From the NCBI GenBank assembly GCA_965277715.1, contig OZ255836.1, positions 1,920,001-1,984,000 of the forward strand: DNA of 64,000 nt, read 5' to 3'. The translations under genes and the position numbers were made by a program. Shown here piece by piece: positions 1 through 10,277 of the stretch; within the stretch, counting starts at the first letter, position 1, and each line of letters starts with the position of its first letter. The notes beneath the pieces were generated by a model. The model was not told where the DNA came from. It made no database searches and saw only the letters and a program-made list of their open reading frames with translations. The DNA is from Gammaproteobacteria bacterium (lineage in GTDB: Bacteria > Pseudomonadota > Gammaproteobacteria > JBCCGL01).

Positions 1-1
1 G

Positions 2-160
2 TCAGCGCGCAGCGCCCTGACCTCAGGCAGTGGTGAATATACCGGCACGATTCAGCTACCGGAAAGATCTAATGATGCCCCAAAATATGGCGTGGTAGTG
101 TGGGTTAGCCCGGCGGGCAGCCAACGCCCATTACAGGCAGTTGGCGGCTGGCTGGAGTAA
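2..160 (+). CDS. 3' end of a gene cut by the window edge, probably a DUF1223 thioredoxin-like protein
   Basis: Frame 2 is open from base 2 to TAA at 158-160 and ends ...YGVVVWVSPAGSQRPLQAVGGWLE*, which resembles DUF1223 C-termini. Confidence 0.45.
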   Translation, partial: SARSALTSGSGEYTGTIQLPERSNDAPKYGVVVWVSPAGSQRPLQAVGGWLE

Positions 161-235
161 ATGACACTGACAGTTGCCAATCGGTGTGTTTCAGGTAGGC
201 TTGACGCCCAATTCAATCACGCACTACCCCCCAGG

Positions 236-757
236 ATGAATAACACCGATACAACCCAAACCACCGGCAAGGTGATGATTTTCGCGACCTGGATACTGTT
301 GATATTGGGGTTGACATTTTTCTTTCATCAGTGGCTGTCAGACCGTGACAACCCAAATCGACACATTGCCGCAAGCATTGGCGCCCAGGGCAACACACAA
401 GTGGTACTGGAAAGAAGCCGCAGTGGGCACTTTATCAGCAATGGCCATATCAATGGCCACGCCGTTACTTTTTTGATCGATACCGGTGCCAGCGACGTGA
501 ATATACCCGCTAAGGTGGCAAAACGTCTGGGCTTATCGGCTGGCCAACCATTCAACGCCACCACCGCCAACGGCATGATTACTGTTTATGCAACCCAACT
601 GGACTCTATTGGTATTGATAAGCTGCGCCTGCACAATATCCGTGCCAGCATCAACCCACATATGCACACGGAAGAAATCCTACTCGGCATGTCTTTTCTA
701 CAGCATCTTGAACTCAATCAAAAAGGGCGCTTGTTGACGTTGAGTGTGCCGCAGTAG
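236..757 (+). CDS. Retropepsin-like clan AA aspartyl protease (TIGR02281 type)
   Basis: N-terminal TM helix, GHF motif, catalytic FLIDTGAS, C-terminal LLGMSFL; ATG 236 preferred over the track start 161. Confidence 0.9.
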   Translation: MNNTDTTQTTGKVMIFATWILLILGLTFFFHQWLSDRDNPNRHIAASIGAQGNTQVVLERSRSGHFISNGHINGHAVTFLIDTGASDVNIPAKVAKRLGLSAGQPFNATTANGMITVYATQLDSIGIDKLRLHNIRASINPHMHTEEILLGMSFLQHLELNQKGRLLTLSVPQ

Positions 758-777
758 ATGCAACTGCGGAATTTAGG
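750..777 (+). repeat. Solo right end of MITE family B
   Basis: 750-779 CGCAGTAGATGCAACTGCGGAATTTAGGTT matches 34844-34873 at 29/30 nt and contains the protease stop codon. Confidence 0.75.
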
Positions 778-929
778 TTTAACTGCCTCAAACAGCAGCT
801 CTTCAAAATAAATCTGTGTTCAGTGCATTGGCATATATCCCGGTGCTTATATGTCGTACTGATACAACATGCCTTATCGCAGCGTGAAGTAACCCGGGTA
901 ACACCGAAAAAATCAATATCAGACGGCCA

Positions 930-1583
930 TCACGCTTTGTTGATGACGACTGGCTTACGCCGAAGCGGATAACACGTTTGGCATATTTCACACACGGTGC
1001 CATCACAGCCACGCGCAGTGCAGTACTCCCGACCGTAAAAAATAATCTGCAAATGCAACCGGTTCCACTGCGCCATTGGGAATAGTTTTTTCAAATCATT
1101 CTCGGTTTGCACCACATTCCTGCCCTTGGTCAAACCCCAGCGCTGAGCCAGGCGGTGGATATGCGTATCGACCGGGAATGCAGGGTGCCCAAACCCCTGG
1201 CTCATCACCACCGAAGCCGTTTTGTGGCCGACACCCGGCAGTGCCTCCAGCGCGTCAAAATCCTCTGGTACTTCACCCGCGTGTTGTTCAACCAGCATTT
1301 GTGACAATACCGAGATAGCCTTTGATTTGCGCGGTGATAAACCACACGGGCGAATAATTTCACGGATGCTGTCAACGGGCACCGACGCCATAGCGTAGGG
1401 GTTGTCGGCCAACCGGAACAGCGCCGGTGTCACCTGGTTAACCCGCGCATCAGTGCACTGTGCCGATAACAGTACTGCTACCAGCAAGCTATAATTATCC
1501 TGGTGCGCCAGGGGCACAGGGGTTTCAGGGTATAACTCAGACAAGCGACGCAGGATATAGGCGACGCGCGATTTTTTATCCAT
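930..1583 (-). CDS. nth: Endonuclease III
   Basis: LLSAQCTD, HhH motif LPGVGHKTA, VDTHIHR, C-terminal Cys cluster. Confidence 0.95.
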   Translation of the reverse strand: MDKKSRVAYILRRLSELYPETPVPLAHQDNYSLLVAVLLSAQCTDARVNQVTPALFRLADNPYAMASVPVDSIREIIRPCGLSPRKSKAISVLSQMLVEQHAGEVPEDFDALEALPGVGHKTASVVMSQGFGHPAFPVDTHIHRLAQRWGLTKGRNVVQTENDLKKLFPMAQWNRLHLQIIFYGREYCTARGCDGTVCEICQTCYPLRRKPVVINKA

Positions 1584-1674
1584 CTATATCACTACCTCGG
1601 TTGGCGTGGAAAATACGGTTGATGCGACGACAAACACCTCATGCAGAAAATATAGAGCGAAGCTGCATTGCGCC

Positions 1675-3870
1675 TCACTTTCGCCGCTCAACCTGCAATA
1701 CATTGGATAACTGGCGCAATTTATCCATCGTGCGGGAGAGTTGTTCGACATCTGAAAGTTCGACTGTCAAGTTCATACAGGCGGTTTGCTCATCGGCATC
1801 AGACTGGGTATTAACAGCCGTCACATTGAGGTTTTGATCCGCCATTATCTGTGAAATATCACGCAATAAGGCCGGGCGGTCGTAGGCGATAACCTGTAGG
1901 TCAACCGGGTAGGCCTGTGTGCGTTCATCGCCCCACTCCACTTCGATCATCCGCAACTGATCACCCTCACTCAGATTGAGTATATTGGCACAGTCGCGGC
2001 GATGCACCGAAACCCCTTTACCCCGGGTGATATACCCCACAATAGGGTCGTAGGGTACAGGTTTGCAACAACGTGATATTTGCGTCAGCAAACTGCCCAC
2101 ACCCCGCACACTGATCCCCTCGGTACTGCCACTACTGCCCACACTGCTGCGTTTTGTCCGGCGCACCGGCAACAGGGCCTGCTCCGGGTGTGGTGTCTCC
2201 AGGGCGTAAACGGCGGCGTCAACCTGTGCCGTTGAGATAAGGTTTCGACCAATCGCGGCAAACAGTTCGCTCTGTTTTTCAAAATTCAGTTTATGGGTCA
2301 GTTTTTCCAGCGATACGGCGTGTGCATTAAGGCGTTTGAGTGTGCGTTCGAGAATATTCCGACCGTCTTCAATATGCTGTTCGTGATCCTGAATATTGAA
2401 CCAGCTACGCACTTTGGCACGCGCCCGGCTGGTGGCCAGGTAACCCAGGCTACGGTTGAGCCAGTCGCGGCTGGGCCGTGACTCGCGAGTGGTGAGAATA
2501 TTCACTTGATCGCCGTTTTGCAGTACCTGCGTCAGGGTGGTAATACTACCGTTGATCTTCGCCCCCCGGCAGCGATGGCCAACCTGCGTATGAATCTGAT
2601 ACGCGAAGTCCAGCGGTGTCGAACCCTGTGGCAAATCGACAATTTTGCCTTTGGGCGTCAGTACAAACACCCGGTCGGAAAAAAAATCAGAACTGACACT
2701 ATCGAACAGATCGGTGTCATCGCTCTCAACCTCTAACAACTGACGCAATGCATTAATACTGCGCTGTAAACTTTCATCCAGCGCACCGCCCTCTTTGTAG
2801 CGCCAGTGGGCGGCAACCCCTAACTCGGCATCGTCATCCATCTGTCGGGTGCGAATCTGCACTTCAATCGCCTTACCGCCCGGCCCGATAACCGCCGTAT
2901 GCAGCGATTGATAACCGTTTTCCTTGGGGTTGGCAATATAGTCATCAAACTCACGCGGAATGTGCTGCCAATTGCCGTGTACCAACCCCAGCACGGCATA
3001 ACATTCACTGACTTCACTGACCAGCACACGCACTGCACGCACATCAAACACCTCGGCAAATTCGATTTGCTTGCGCTGCATTTTTTTCCAGATACTGTAA
3101 ATGTGCTTCGCCCGGCCAAATACCCCCGCTTTGTCGATACCGGCCTCAGCGAGCTGCGCCCGCAAGCGCGTGACCAAATCATCGACATAAACTTCGCGCT
3201 CGACGCGGCGCTCTTCCAGTGAGGTAGCCAGACGTTTGTAAGCCTGTGGCTCCAATGCGCGAAACGCGAGATCTTCCATCTGCCATTTCAGTTGGCCAAC
3301 GCCGAGCCGGTTAGCCAGTGGTGCGTAAAGTGTCAGGGATTCGTGAGCAATACGCCGACGTTCATCGTAGCTCACATGGGCCAGCATTTTTAATCGCACC
3401 ACAACGTGTGCGAGCTTGATCAGCACAGCGCGTACATCCTCAACCATGGCCAACACCATGCGCCGCAGTCGCTCTGACTGCTCGGCACTATCGGCATCCT
3501 CCTGCTGAACCAACGTGCCTTCGCGAAAGCTGTGTAGCCAGCGCACGCTTTTGACCAGCGCGGCAATTTTTTCACCGAACGCTTCGTTAATCTTCTCAAT
3601 CGGCAGGCTGGCCTCGCAGACACTGGCCGCCAACAAAGAGGCACTGAGTGTATGGCAATCGATACCCAGCGCTTTGAGCTCCCCCGCTACTGCAAAAGGG
3701 TCAGGGTGCTTGGGGGTTTGCTTGTGTGTTTTATTGCACAGCGGCCAGGTATAGCCAACAGCACGGTACACCAGATCACTCCCCTGGGGGTCGTAGCCGA
3801 CACACAGTGCATTGGCAACAGTGGCCAGGTCACCGTGTGTCGTTTTGTCCTTGGTTTCGATTGTTTTCAT
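1675..3870 (-). CDS. relA: GTP pyrophosphokinase RelA
   Basis: APLANRLG, EFDDY synthetase motif, NGYQSLHT, TGS and ACT domains; HD hydrolase motif degenerate as in RelA. Confidence 0.93.
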   Translation of the reverse strand: MKTIETKDKTTHGDLATVANALCVGYDPQGSDLVYRAVGYTWPLCNKTHKQTPKHPDPFAVAGELKALGIDCHTLSASLLAASVCEASLPIEKINEAFGEKIAALVKSVRWLHSFREGTLVQQEDADSAEQSERLRRMVLAMVEDVRAVLIKLAHVVVRLKMLAHVSYDERRRIAHESLTLYAPLANRLGVGQLKWQMEDLAFRALEPQAYKRLATSLEERRVEREVYVDDLVTRLRAQLAEAGIDKAGVFGRAKHIYSIWKKMQRKQIEFAEVFDVRAVRVLVSEVSECYAVLGLVHGNWQHIPREFDDYIANPKENGYQSLHTAVIGPGGKAIEVQIRTRQMDDDAELGVAAHWRYKEGGALDESLQRSINALRQLLEVESDDTDLFDSVSSDFFSDRVFVLTPKGKIVDLPQGSTPLDFAYQIHTQVGHRCRGAKINGSITTLTQVLQNGDQVNILTTRESRPSRDWLNRSLGYLATSRARAKVRSWFNIQDHEQHIEDGRNILERTLKRLNAHAVSLEKLTHKLNFEKQSELFAAIGRNLISTAQVDAAVYALETPHPEQALLPVRRTKRSSVGSSGSTEGISVRGVGSLLTQISRCCKPVPYDPIVGYITRGKGVSVHRRDCANILNLSEGDQLRMIEVEWGDERTQAYPVDLQVIAYDRPALLRDISQIMADQNLNVTAVNTQSDADEQTACMNLTVELSDVEQLSRTMDKLRQLSNVLQVERRK

Positions 3871-3953
3871 TGGCGTTTTACCGGGCTTTCATTGGGCCTT
3901 CACTGGCCAGTGTTAGAGGGTGTTTAAATGTGCAGCGGTTTTAAGGCATTCTC

Positions 3954-6557
3954 TTATGTGCGATGGTCATTCAATAGGCGCATGGGCGAGCGTTTAAGTA
4001 CTTGCCGGGTGACCAGAACACCACACAAACCAATGCCCACTGCACCGGCCAGAGTGCCGATCAATAACAAACTAACGGGGGGCTGGTAGCTCAATTCAAA
4101 CAATTGATTAGAAACCACCCAGGCAAGTGCAGCGGCAATCACGGCGGCCACCAGCCCGGCCAGCGCGCCCAGCATCACAAATTCAGCCAGCAAACCGGTA
4201 AACAACGTGGCATAGCGTGCGCCCAGGGCTTTCAACAACGCAGACTCGCGCATACGCGCCTGGCGGCTGGCCTGAACCGTGGCAACCAATACAATCAAAC
4301 CCGCGAGCAAGGTAAACCCGAGCACATACTCCACCGCCCGCGAGACGTTATCAATCAGGCCACGAATACGGGATAACAGTGCGTCGAGATCAATAACCGT
4401 AGCCCCCGGTATCGTGCGCACCAACTGGCTGGTCAATGCGGCATTGCCCTGTTTCACCCGGAAGCTGGTAATAAAAGTGGTCGGCACATCACGGAGCAAA
4501 CCCGGCGTTGCAATCACATAAAAATTGGGCTTGAACGAATCCCAGTTGACTGTGCGAATATTGGCGATGCGCGCCTCGACCCGCGCCCCGGCAATACGAA
4601 ACGCCAGGCGATCACCCAGCGACAGGCCAAAGGTCTGCATAACACTCGACTCGACCGATATCAGCGGTTCATCGTACTGTTCTTCACCCCACCACTGGCC
4701 CGCGTCGATACTGTAATCGGCGCGCATTTGTGCGGCGTAACTCAGATTAAAATCCCGGTTCAACAAGTGGCGGGCGCGGCCACTGACCGGATAGGTTTCA
4801 GGGTTGATCGTCTCGCCATTAATCTCAATCATCCGCCCGCGTGCCATTGGGTAAAATGTTGTCGTGGCAACACCGGCATCGGCAATCAACTGTCGGGCAG
4901 TCGCCACCTCTTGTGGTTGTATATTAAACGCGAAGTGATTCGGCGCATCCGGTGGAATCTGCTCACGCCAGGTATCGAGTATATCGTTGCCAACAATGGC
5001 GATTAATAACAGCGCCATAATGCCCACGCAAAACGCCGACAGTTGCAGCACGACACTTTTGCCCCGGCGCAGCAGGCTGCTGATGCCAAAACGCCACCCA
5101 GGCGTTGCGCGCACACCAAAACGGCGCAACCCATACAACAACACCCCGGCGACACCCACAATCAGCAACAGCAGTACCAGTACGCCGACCATCACCAGGC
5201 CAGCCAAACGCAAATCGTTCGACTGCCACACCATCAACAGACACAAAGCGATAAATGCCAGCAACACCGTGACCCCCATCGACACCGAAGGGGCCAGTAA
5301 ATCGCGCCGTAATACCCGCAAAACGGGTACGCGGTCAATATTCACAATTGCCGGTAACCCAAAACCGAGCAGGCAGGTAAACCCCGTCAGGCCACCCAGG
5401 AACAATGGATACCAGCCCGCCCCCGGCAGCGCAGCGTAAATGCCGCTGGCAAAATACGCCACTAACACCCACTGGGCGCTATACCCCAACAACACACCGA
5501 TGCCACTGGCGACAGTACCCAGCACCATCATGCGCACCAGCATCAGTCGAAACACCATTCGCCGGGTGGCGCCAAAGGTACGCAATATCGCACTGGTATC
5601 GGCCTGGCGGGTGGCAAACCCCTGCGCTGCCACCGCCACCGCCGCCCCGGCTAACAACACACAGACAATCGAAGTCAGGCCGAGAAACTGATCGGCCCGC
5701 TGCAGGGCGCGGCGCAATTCCGGGCGACCGTTGCGCACATCCTCTACACGGATATCTGCCAATGTGTCTTTTGCCCCCGCCTGATGTGTACCCTCCTGGC
5801 CGGTATTCACACGACCGGCATTAGATTCCACAAAATCGCGAAAATCGACAACGGCCCCGGCTTCACCGGCAAGCTGTAAACGGTAACTGACACGGCTCGC
5901 CGGGGTAATCAGGCCGGTGCTGTCAAGGTCTTCACTGTTCAGCAGCACACGCGGCGCCAGTTGAAATAAAAAACCACTGCGATCTGGCTCACTTTCGATT
6001 ATTTTGCGGGCAAAAAAGCTGCGTTCACCCAATACAATCGCATCGCCTGGTTGAATACCCAGCAATAAAAACAAACGCTTTTCCAGCCACACATCACCCG
6101 GAGACGGAATTTCCGCTGCATCTCGGGGAGGCGTATCGAAGGTGTCGCGAATTTTTAACGCGCCACGCAGTGGATACCCGTGGCTCACCGCTTTTACCGC
6201 CACCAGTTGTGCATCATCGCGTTGGTTGAGCACCACGCTGGGAAACTGCACCAAACGCACAGCCTGTAAAGCGGATTGTTTGGCGCGGTTCAGCAATTCC
6301 TCCGGCAGTGGTGAGGAGCGGATTAACAATAAATCGCCACCGAGCAGAGTACTGGCTTGTAATTCGAGCGCATTCCCGGCCCGCTCGGTAAAAAAATTCA
6401 CCGCACTCACCGCGCTCACCGCAACCACCAGCGCCAGCGCAACCACACGCAGCTCACCACTGCGCCAGTCGCGCAGCAGATAAGCGGCGGCCATGCGCAA
6501 TACGAAACCCCAGCTATACAGGGTTGGTGCGCGCTTCGACAAAGTATCCGCCATCAA
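3954..6557 (-). CDS. ybbP: ABC transporter permease, YbbP family (two FtsX halves)
   Basis: RDWRSGEL start, LLGGDL, YPLRG, DAPNHFAFNIQP; adjacent to ybbA and tesA. Confidence 0.88.
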   Translation of the reverse strand: MMADTLSKRAPTLYSWGFVLRMAAAYLLRDWRSGELRVVALALVVAVSAVSAVNFFTERAGNALELQASTLLGGDLLLIRSSPLPEELLNRAKQSALQAVRLVQFPSVVLNQRDDAQLVAVKAVSHGYPLRGALKIRDTFDTPPRDAAEIPSPGDVWLEKRLFLLLGIQPGDAIVLGERSFFARKIIESEPDRSGFLFQLAPRVLLNSEDLDSTGLITPASRVSYRLQLAGEAGAVVDFRDFVESNAGRVNTGQEGTHQAGAKDTLADIRVEDVRNGRPELRRALQRADQFLGLTSIVCVLLAGAAVAVAAQGFATRQADTSAILRTFGATRRMVFRLMLVRMMVLGTVASGIGVLLGYSAQWVLVAYFASGIYAALPGAGWYPLFLGGLTGFTCLLGFGLPAIVNIDRVPVLRVLRRDLLAPSVSMGVTVLLAFIALCLLMVWQSNDLRLAGLVMVGVLVLLLLIVGVAGVLLYGLRRFGVRATPGWRFGISSLLRRGKSVVLQLSAFCVGIMALLLIAIVGNDILDTWREQIPPDAPNHFAFNIQPQEVATARQLIADAGVATTTFYPMARGRMIEINGETINPETYPVSGRARHLLNRDFNLSYAAQMRADYSIDAGQWWGEEQYDEPLISVESSVMQTFGLSLGDRLAFRIAGARVEARIANIRTVNWDSFKPNFYVIATPGLLRDVPTTFITSFRVKQGNAALTSQLVRTIPGATVIDLDALLSRIRGLIDNVSRAVEYVLGFTLLAGLIVLVATVQASRQARMRESALLKALGARYATLFTGLLAEFVMLGALAGLVAAVIAAALAWVVSNQLFELSYQPPVSLLLIGTLAGAVGIGLCGVLVTRQVLKRSPMRLLNDHRT

Positions 6558-7279
6558 CGTGACTCACACATTTTGCCAGAGGCCATACTCAGCACGCGGT
6601 CGCAACGCGAGGCCAACTGCGCATCGTGCGTCACCAGTATCAGCGTGGTGTTATTGTCGCTGCGCAATGAAAACAGGCTGTCGGCGATTTGCTCGCCGTT
6701 GGCCTGGTCGAGGTTACCGGTTGGCTCATCCGCAAACAGGATTTTCGGTTTCACCACAAACGCACGCGCCAGCGCCACACGCTGCTGCTCGCCACCGGAA
6801 AGCTGATTGGGGTAGTGGTGAATGCGTTCAGCCAGGCCGACCATTTCCAGCATTGCGCTGGCCTGCTGATCCGCTGAACGCTGCCCCGCCAGCTCCAGTG
6901 GCAATATCACATTTTCCAGCGCGGTCAGCCCGGGGAGTAAATGAAACGACTGAAATACAAAGCCTACACGCCCGGCGCGCAACTGCGCCCGGGCATCTTC
7001 ATCCATAGTGGTAATATTTTCACCGTCCAGCCACACATCACCTGCCGTGGCATCATCCAGGCCCGCCAACAAACCCAACAGCGTCGACTTACCCGAACCC
7101 GACGGGCCGACAATCGCCACCGCCTCACCCGCTGAAACAGCGAGATGTACATCATCGACAATGGTAAGATTCCCTCTCGGCGACGCCACACGACGGCTTA
7201 GCCCACTGGTTTTCAAAATACAGGCTTTCAAAATACTGGCTTCGGAGTCACCCATTGTTGCTCCCACTATTGTTCTCAC
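6554..7279 (-). CDS. ybbA: ABC transporter ATP-binding protein YbbA (start uncertain)
   Basis: Walker A GPSGSGKST, LSGGEQQRV, ADEPTGNLD. Confidence 0.88.
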   Translation of the reverse strand: MRTIVGATMGDSEASILKACILKTSGLSRRVASPRGNLTIVDDVHLAVSAGEAVAIVGPSGSGKSTLLGLLAGLDDATAGDVWLDGENITTMDEDARAQLRAGRVGFVFQSFHLLPGLTALENVILPLELAGQRSADQQASAMLEMVGLAERIHHYPNQLSGGEQQRVALARAFVVKPKILFADEPTGNLDQANGEQIADSLFSLRSDNNTTLILVTHDAQLASRCDRVLSMASGKMCESR

Positions 7280-7287
7280 TATTACTC

Positions 7288-7956
7288 ATGCGCAAAAAAA
7301 CCACCTCTTTTACCACGATCTTTACCTGTTTAAAGTCGATTCTATTTGCACTGGCATTGATACTTTCACCCACGCTGCTGACCATCGCCAGTACCGCAGA
7401 CCAGAGCAAGGCAACGATTTTGATTATTGGCGACAGCATCAGCGCCGCCTACGGCATACCAGAAGATGCGGGATGGGTGGCACTTTTACAAGAAAAACTG
7501 GAACAGAATCATTACAAATTCAACACCATTAACGCCAGCATTACCGGAGAGACCAGCAGTGGTGGCGTCAACCGTATCGACACACTCCTGGCACAGTACC
7601 AACCCAGCATTGTCATCCTCGAATTGGGCGGCAACGACGGCTTGCGTGGCCTATCACTGACAGCCATGCGGAAAAACCTGCAACAGATAATCCAGCGTAG
7701 CCAAAAACAACACGCACAGGTACTGCTGTTAGGTATGCACATACCGCCCAACTATGGCAGCCGCTACACAGCACAATTTCATCAAACCTACCACCAGCTC
7801 GCCGGGGAGCACGCGGTAGCGTTTGAACCCTTTTTTCTCGATGGTGTTGCACAAGACCCACAGCTTATGCAGAGCGATGGCATTCACCCCGCCGCTGCCG
7901 CGCAGCCGATAATGTTGAATCATGTGTGGGCAGTGCTGGAACCGCTGCTACATTAA
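7288..7956 (+). CDS. tesA: Arylesterase / acyl-CoA thioesterase I (SGNH family)
   Basis: GDSISAAYG, ELGGNDGLRG, DGIHP; divergent from ybbA as in E. coli. Confidence 0.92.
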   Translation: MRKKTTSFTTIFTCLKSILFALALILSPTLLTIASTADQSKATILIIGDSISAAYGIPEDAGWVALLQEKLEQNHYKFNTINASITGETSSGGVNRIDTLLAQYQPSIVILELGGNDGLRGLSLTAMRKNLQQIIQRSQKQHAQVLLLGMHIPPNYGSRYTAQFHQTYHQLAGEHAVAFEPFFLDGVAQDPQLMQSDGIHPAAAAQPIMLNHVWAVLEPLLH

Positions 7957-8017
7957 AAGTGGCGATAAACCCCTCTCCAGCGCCTTATCCCCCAGCGCTT
8001 TATTCCTGAGTAACCGA

Positions 8018-8917
8018 ATGCTCGCACTGCACATTATTGAAATTGTCTTCCCATTATTTTTTATTGCGGCGCTGGGGGCATTTTATGCCCTCCGCTACAA
8101 ACCGGATATGACCGTTGTCAATACACTCAACCTGACTGTTTTTGTCCCCGCCTTAATTTTCACCTCACTGGTTAATCACAAAGTGGAGCTGGCCAGTTTT
8201 CAACCGTTGATTATTGGTGCCGTCATCGTGATATTGGGATCGGGTGTACTGGGGTGCTTAATCGCACGGTTGTTTGCATTTGAAATAAAAACCTTTGTGC
8301 CACCCATGATGTTCAGCAACACCGGCAATATGGGCCTGCCGCTGCTGGTGCTCGCGTTTGGCAGCGCGGCCCTGCCTGCCGCGACGATTTTATTTGTGGT
8401 CGAAAATTCACTGCATTTTACCCTTGGCAGTTACCTGCTCAATAAACGCGAGAACCTGATTAAAAATATTTTATCCCCGATAATCCTCGCCACCGCCGCT
8501 GCATTTGCAGTCAACGCGCTGCACATCCCCCTTAACAATACACTGATGCAGCCCATTAATATGATGGGCAATGTATCGATTCCCATTATGTTGTTTTCAC
8601 TGGGCACACGCCTGGCACACGCTAATTTTGCCGAATGGAAAATTGGCCTCGTGGCCGCAATAGCCGCACCGGTTTGCGGCATTCTATTGGCGTTTGCGCT
8701 ACTCCCCTGGTTAGAGCTAACGCGTATGCAGGCCGGTATGTTATTACTATTTGCTGTGCTGCCGCCCGCTGTACTCAACTTTCTACTGGCAGAGCGCTAC
8801 CGACAGCAACCCGCCAAAGTCGCGTCAATTGTGGTTATCAGCCATTTAATCACGTTCATTTCGCTACCGATGGCATTGGCTTACGTATTACCCCGGTTTG
8901 TCTCGCCAATAAGCTAA
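8018..8917 (+). CDS. AEC (auxin efflux carrier) family transporter
   Basis: About 10 TM helices, NTGNMGLP and LPPAVLN motifs; ATG 8018 preferred. Confidence 0.85.
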   Translation: MLALHIIEIVFPLFFIAALGAFYALRYKPDMTVVNTLNLTVFVPALIFTSLVNHKVELASFQPLIIGAVIVILGSGVLGCLIARLFAFEIKTFVPPMMFSNTGNMGLPLLVLAFGSAALPAATILFVVENSLHFTLGSYLLNKRENLIKNILSPIILATAAAFAVNALHIPLNNTLMQPINMMGNVSIPIMLFSLGTRLAHANFAEWKIGLVAAIAAPVCGILLAFALLPWLELTRMQAGMLLLFAVLPPAVLNFLLAERYRQQPAKVASIVVISHLITFISLPMALAYVLPRFVSPIS

Positions 8918-8922
8918 ATTAA

Positions 8923-9047
8923 AATGGTTACTCTTTAGCGCGCCCACTTTGCCCGGTTTCGGCGTTACGGGTACTCATTGACACATGTAAACTGCACCTC
9001 TTGCCTTGAACCCGGGCAAAGCAGGCGCACCCCAAACAGTTACAAAT
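8923..9047. repeat. Degenerate ~125-bp palindromic intergenic element (ERIC/MITE-like)
   Basis: Arms 8940-8960 and 9008-9028 are 18/21 complementary; decayed outer arms AATGGTTACT / AGTTACAAAT. Confidence 0.55.
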
Positions 9048-9114
9048 GAAAACAACATTGGTTTGAATAGTTACTTAAAATATCACTTACGCATACCCTG
9101 CAAAGGCCCAAAAA

Positions 9115-10257
9115 ATGAATTACGACACACGCTACCCCAGCGTCGCCGATTTAAAAATTAAAGCTAAAAAGCGTATACCAAACTTTGCCTTCGACTACGT
9201 GGACGGTGCCATTGACGATGAAAATGGTAAACACAGAAACCGTGAATCCTTTCATCAGATCCACCTGACACCGCGTTACATGCACGATGTTACCGCCACC
9301 GACACATCGGCAGAACTGTTTGGCAAACGGTACGACCTGGCCTTTGGTGTGCCACCTATCGGGCTGGGCAATATGATGTGGCCGGGTGCAGAAAAAGCCC
9401 TGGCAACAGCGGCACAGGCGGCCAATATCCCGTATATATTGAGCACATTCAGCACAACCCTGATGGAGGAAATAGCACAGGCAGCGCCCGATGTGTGCTG
9501 GTTTCAACTTTATGTGCCTAAAAAAATCGAGGCAATGGAAGCACTGATTGGCCGCGCCAAAACCGCCGGGTTTAATGCACTGGTGGTCACCCTGGATATC
9601 CCGGTAGGTGCCAAGCGCAACCGCGAATTGAAAAACGGTTTAAAACTGCCCTTTAGTTTCACACCCAATATCGTCTGGCAAAGCATAATTCACCCGCGCT
9701 GGGCACTTGAAAGCCTGCGCCATGGCGCCCCGGATTTTGTCAATGTACTCCCCTACAAAGAAGGCCCGGATCAGGGGCTGGCAGAATTTATTTCAAATTT
9801 CACTATGGCGGGTGTGCCACTGGAGCGCATCGAACAAATTCGCGCACTGTGGGATGGCCCCTTGATTTTAAAAGGCGTTCAGTATCTGCAAAATGTTCTG
9901 GATGCGATTGCCATCGGCGTGGACGGCATCATCGTATCCAATCATGGCGGGCGCCAACTGGATGCGGCACCCAGCTCTATCGACACCTTAAAAAGCCTCC
10001 CCGCATCCGTAATGGATGATGCCACGATAATGATCGACAGCGGCGTGCGCACCGGGCTGGATGTGGTGCGTGCAAAAGCCTTGGGGGCACAATTTGCCTT
10101 TTCCGGGCGTTCGTTCTTCTACGGAATGGGGGCAATGGGCACTCAAGGCGCCAACCAGGTGATTGAAATCTACCGGGATGAAATCACCCGTACCCTGCAA
10201 CAAATGGGCTGCAACAACTTCACCGATGTGGATGCGAGCTGGTTAAGCCACGAATAG
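9115..10257 (+). CDS. FMN-dependent alpha-hydroxy acid dehydrogenase (LldD/MdlB family)
   Basis: FDYVDG, WFQLY, SNHGGRQLD, DSGVRTGLDV. Confidence 0.92.
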   Translation: MNYDTRYPSVADLKIKAKKRIPNFAFDYVDGAIDDENGKHRNRESFHQIHLTPRYMHDVTATDTSAELFGKRYDLAFGVPPIGLGNMMWPGAEKALATAAQAANIPYILSTFSTTLMEEIAQAAPDVCWFQLYVPKKIEAMEALIGRAKTAGFNALVVTLDIPVGAKRNRELKNGLKLPFSFTPNIVWQSIIHPRWALESLRHGAPDFVNVLPYKEGPDQGLAEFISNFTMAGVPLERIEQIRALWDGPLILKGVQYLQNVLDAIAIGVDGIIVSNHGGRQLDAAPSSIDTLKSLPASVMDDATIMIDSGVRTGLDVVRAKALGAQFAFSGRSFFYGMGAMGTQGANQVIEIYRDEITRTLQQMGCNNFTDVDASWLSHE

Positions 10258-10277
10258 CCCCTCAAAAGTAATAACCT

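Noticed and set aside
780-929. Possible gene remnant between the aspartyl protease and nth
   Set aside because: No frame gives a recognisable motif
1675-3870. Missing HD motif as a sign of a pseudogene
   Set aside because: A degenerate hydrolase domain is normal for RelA
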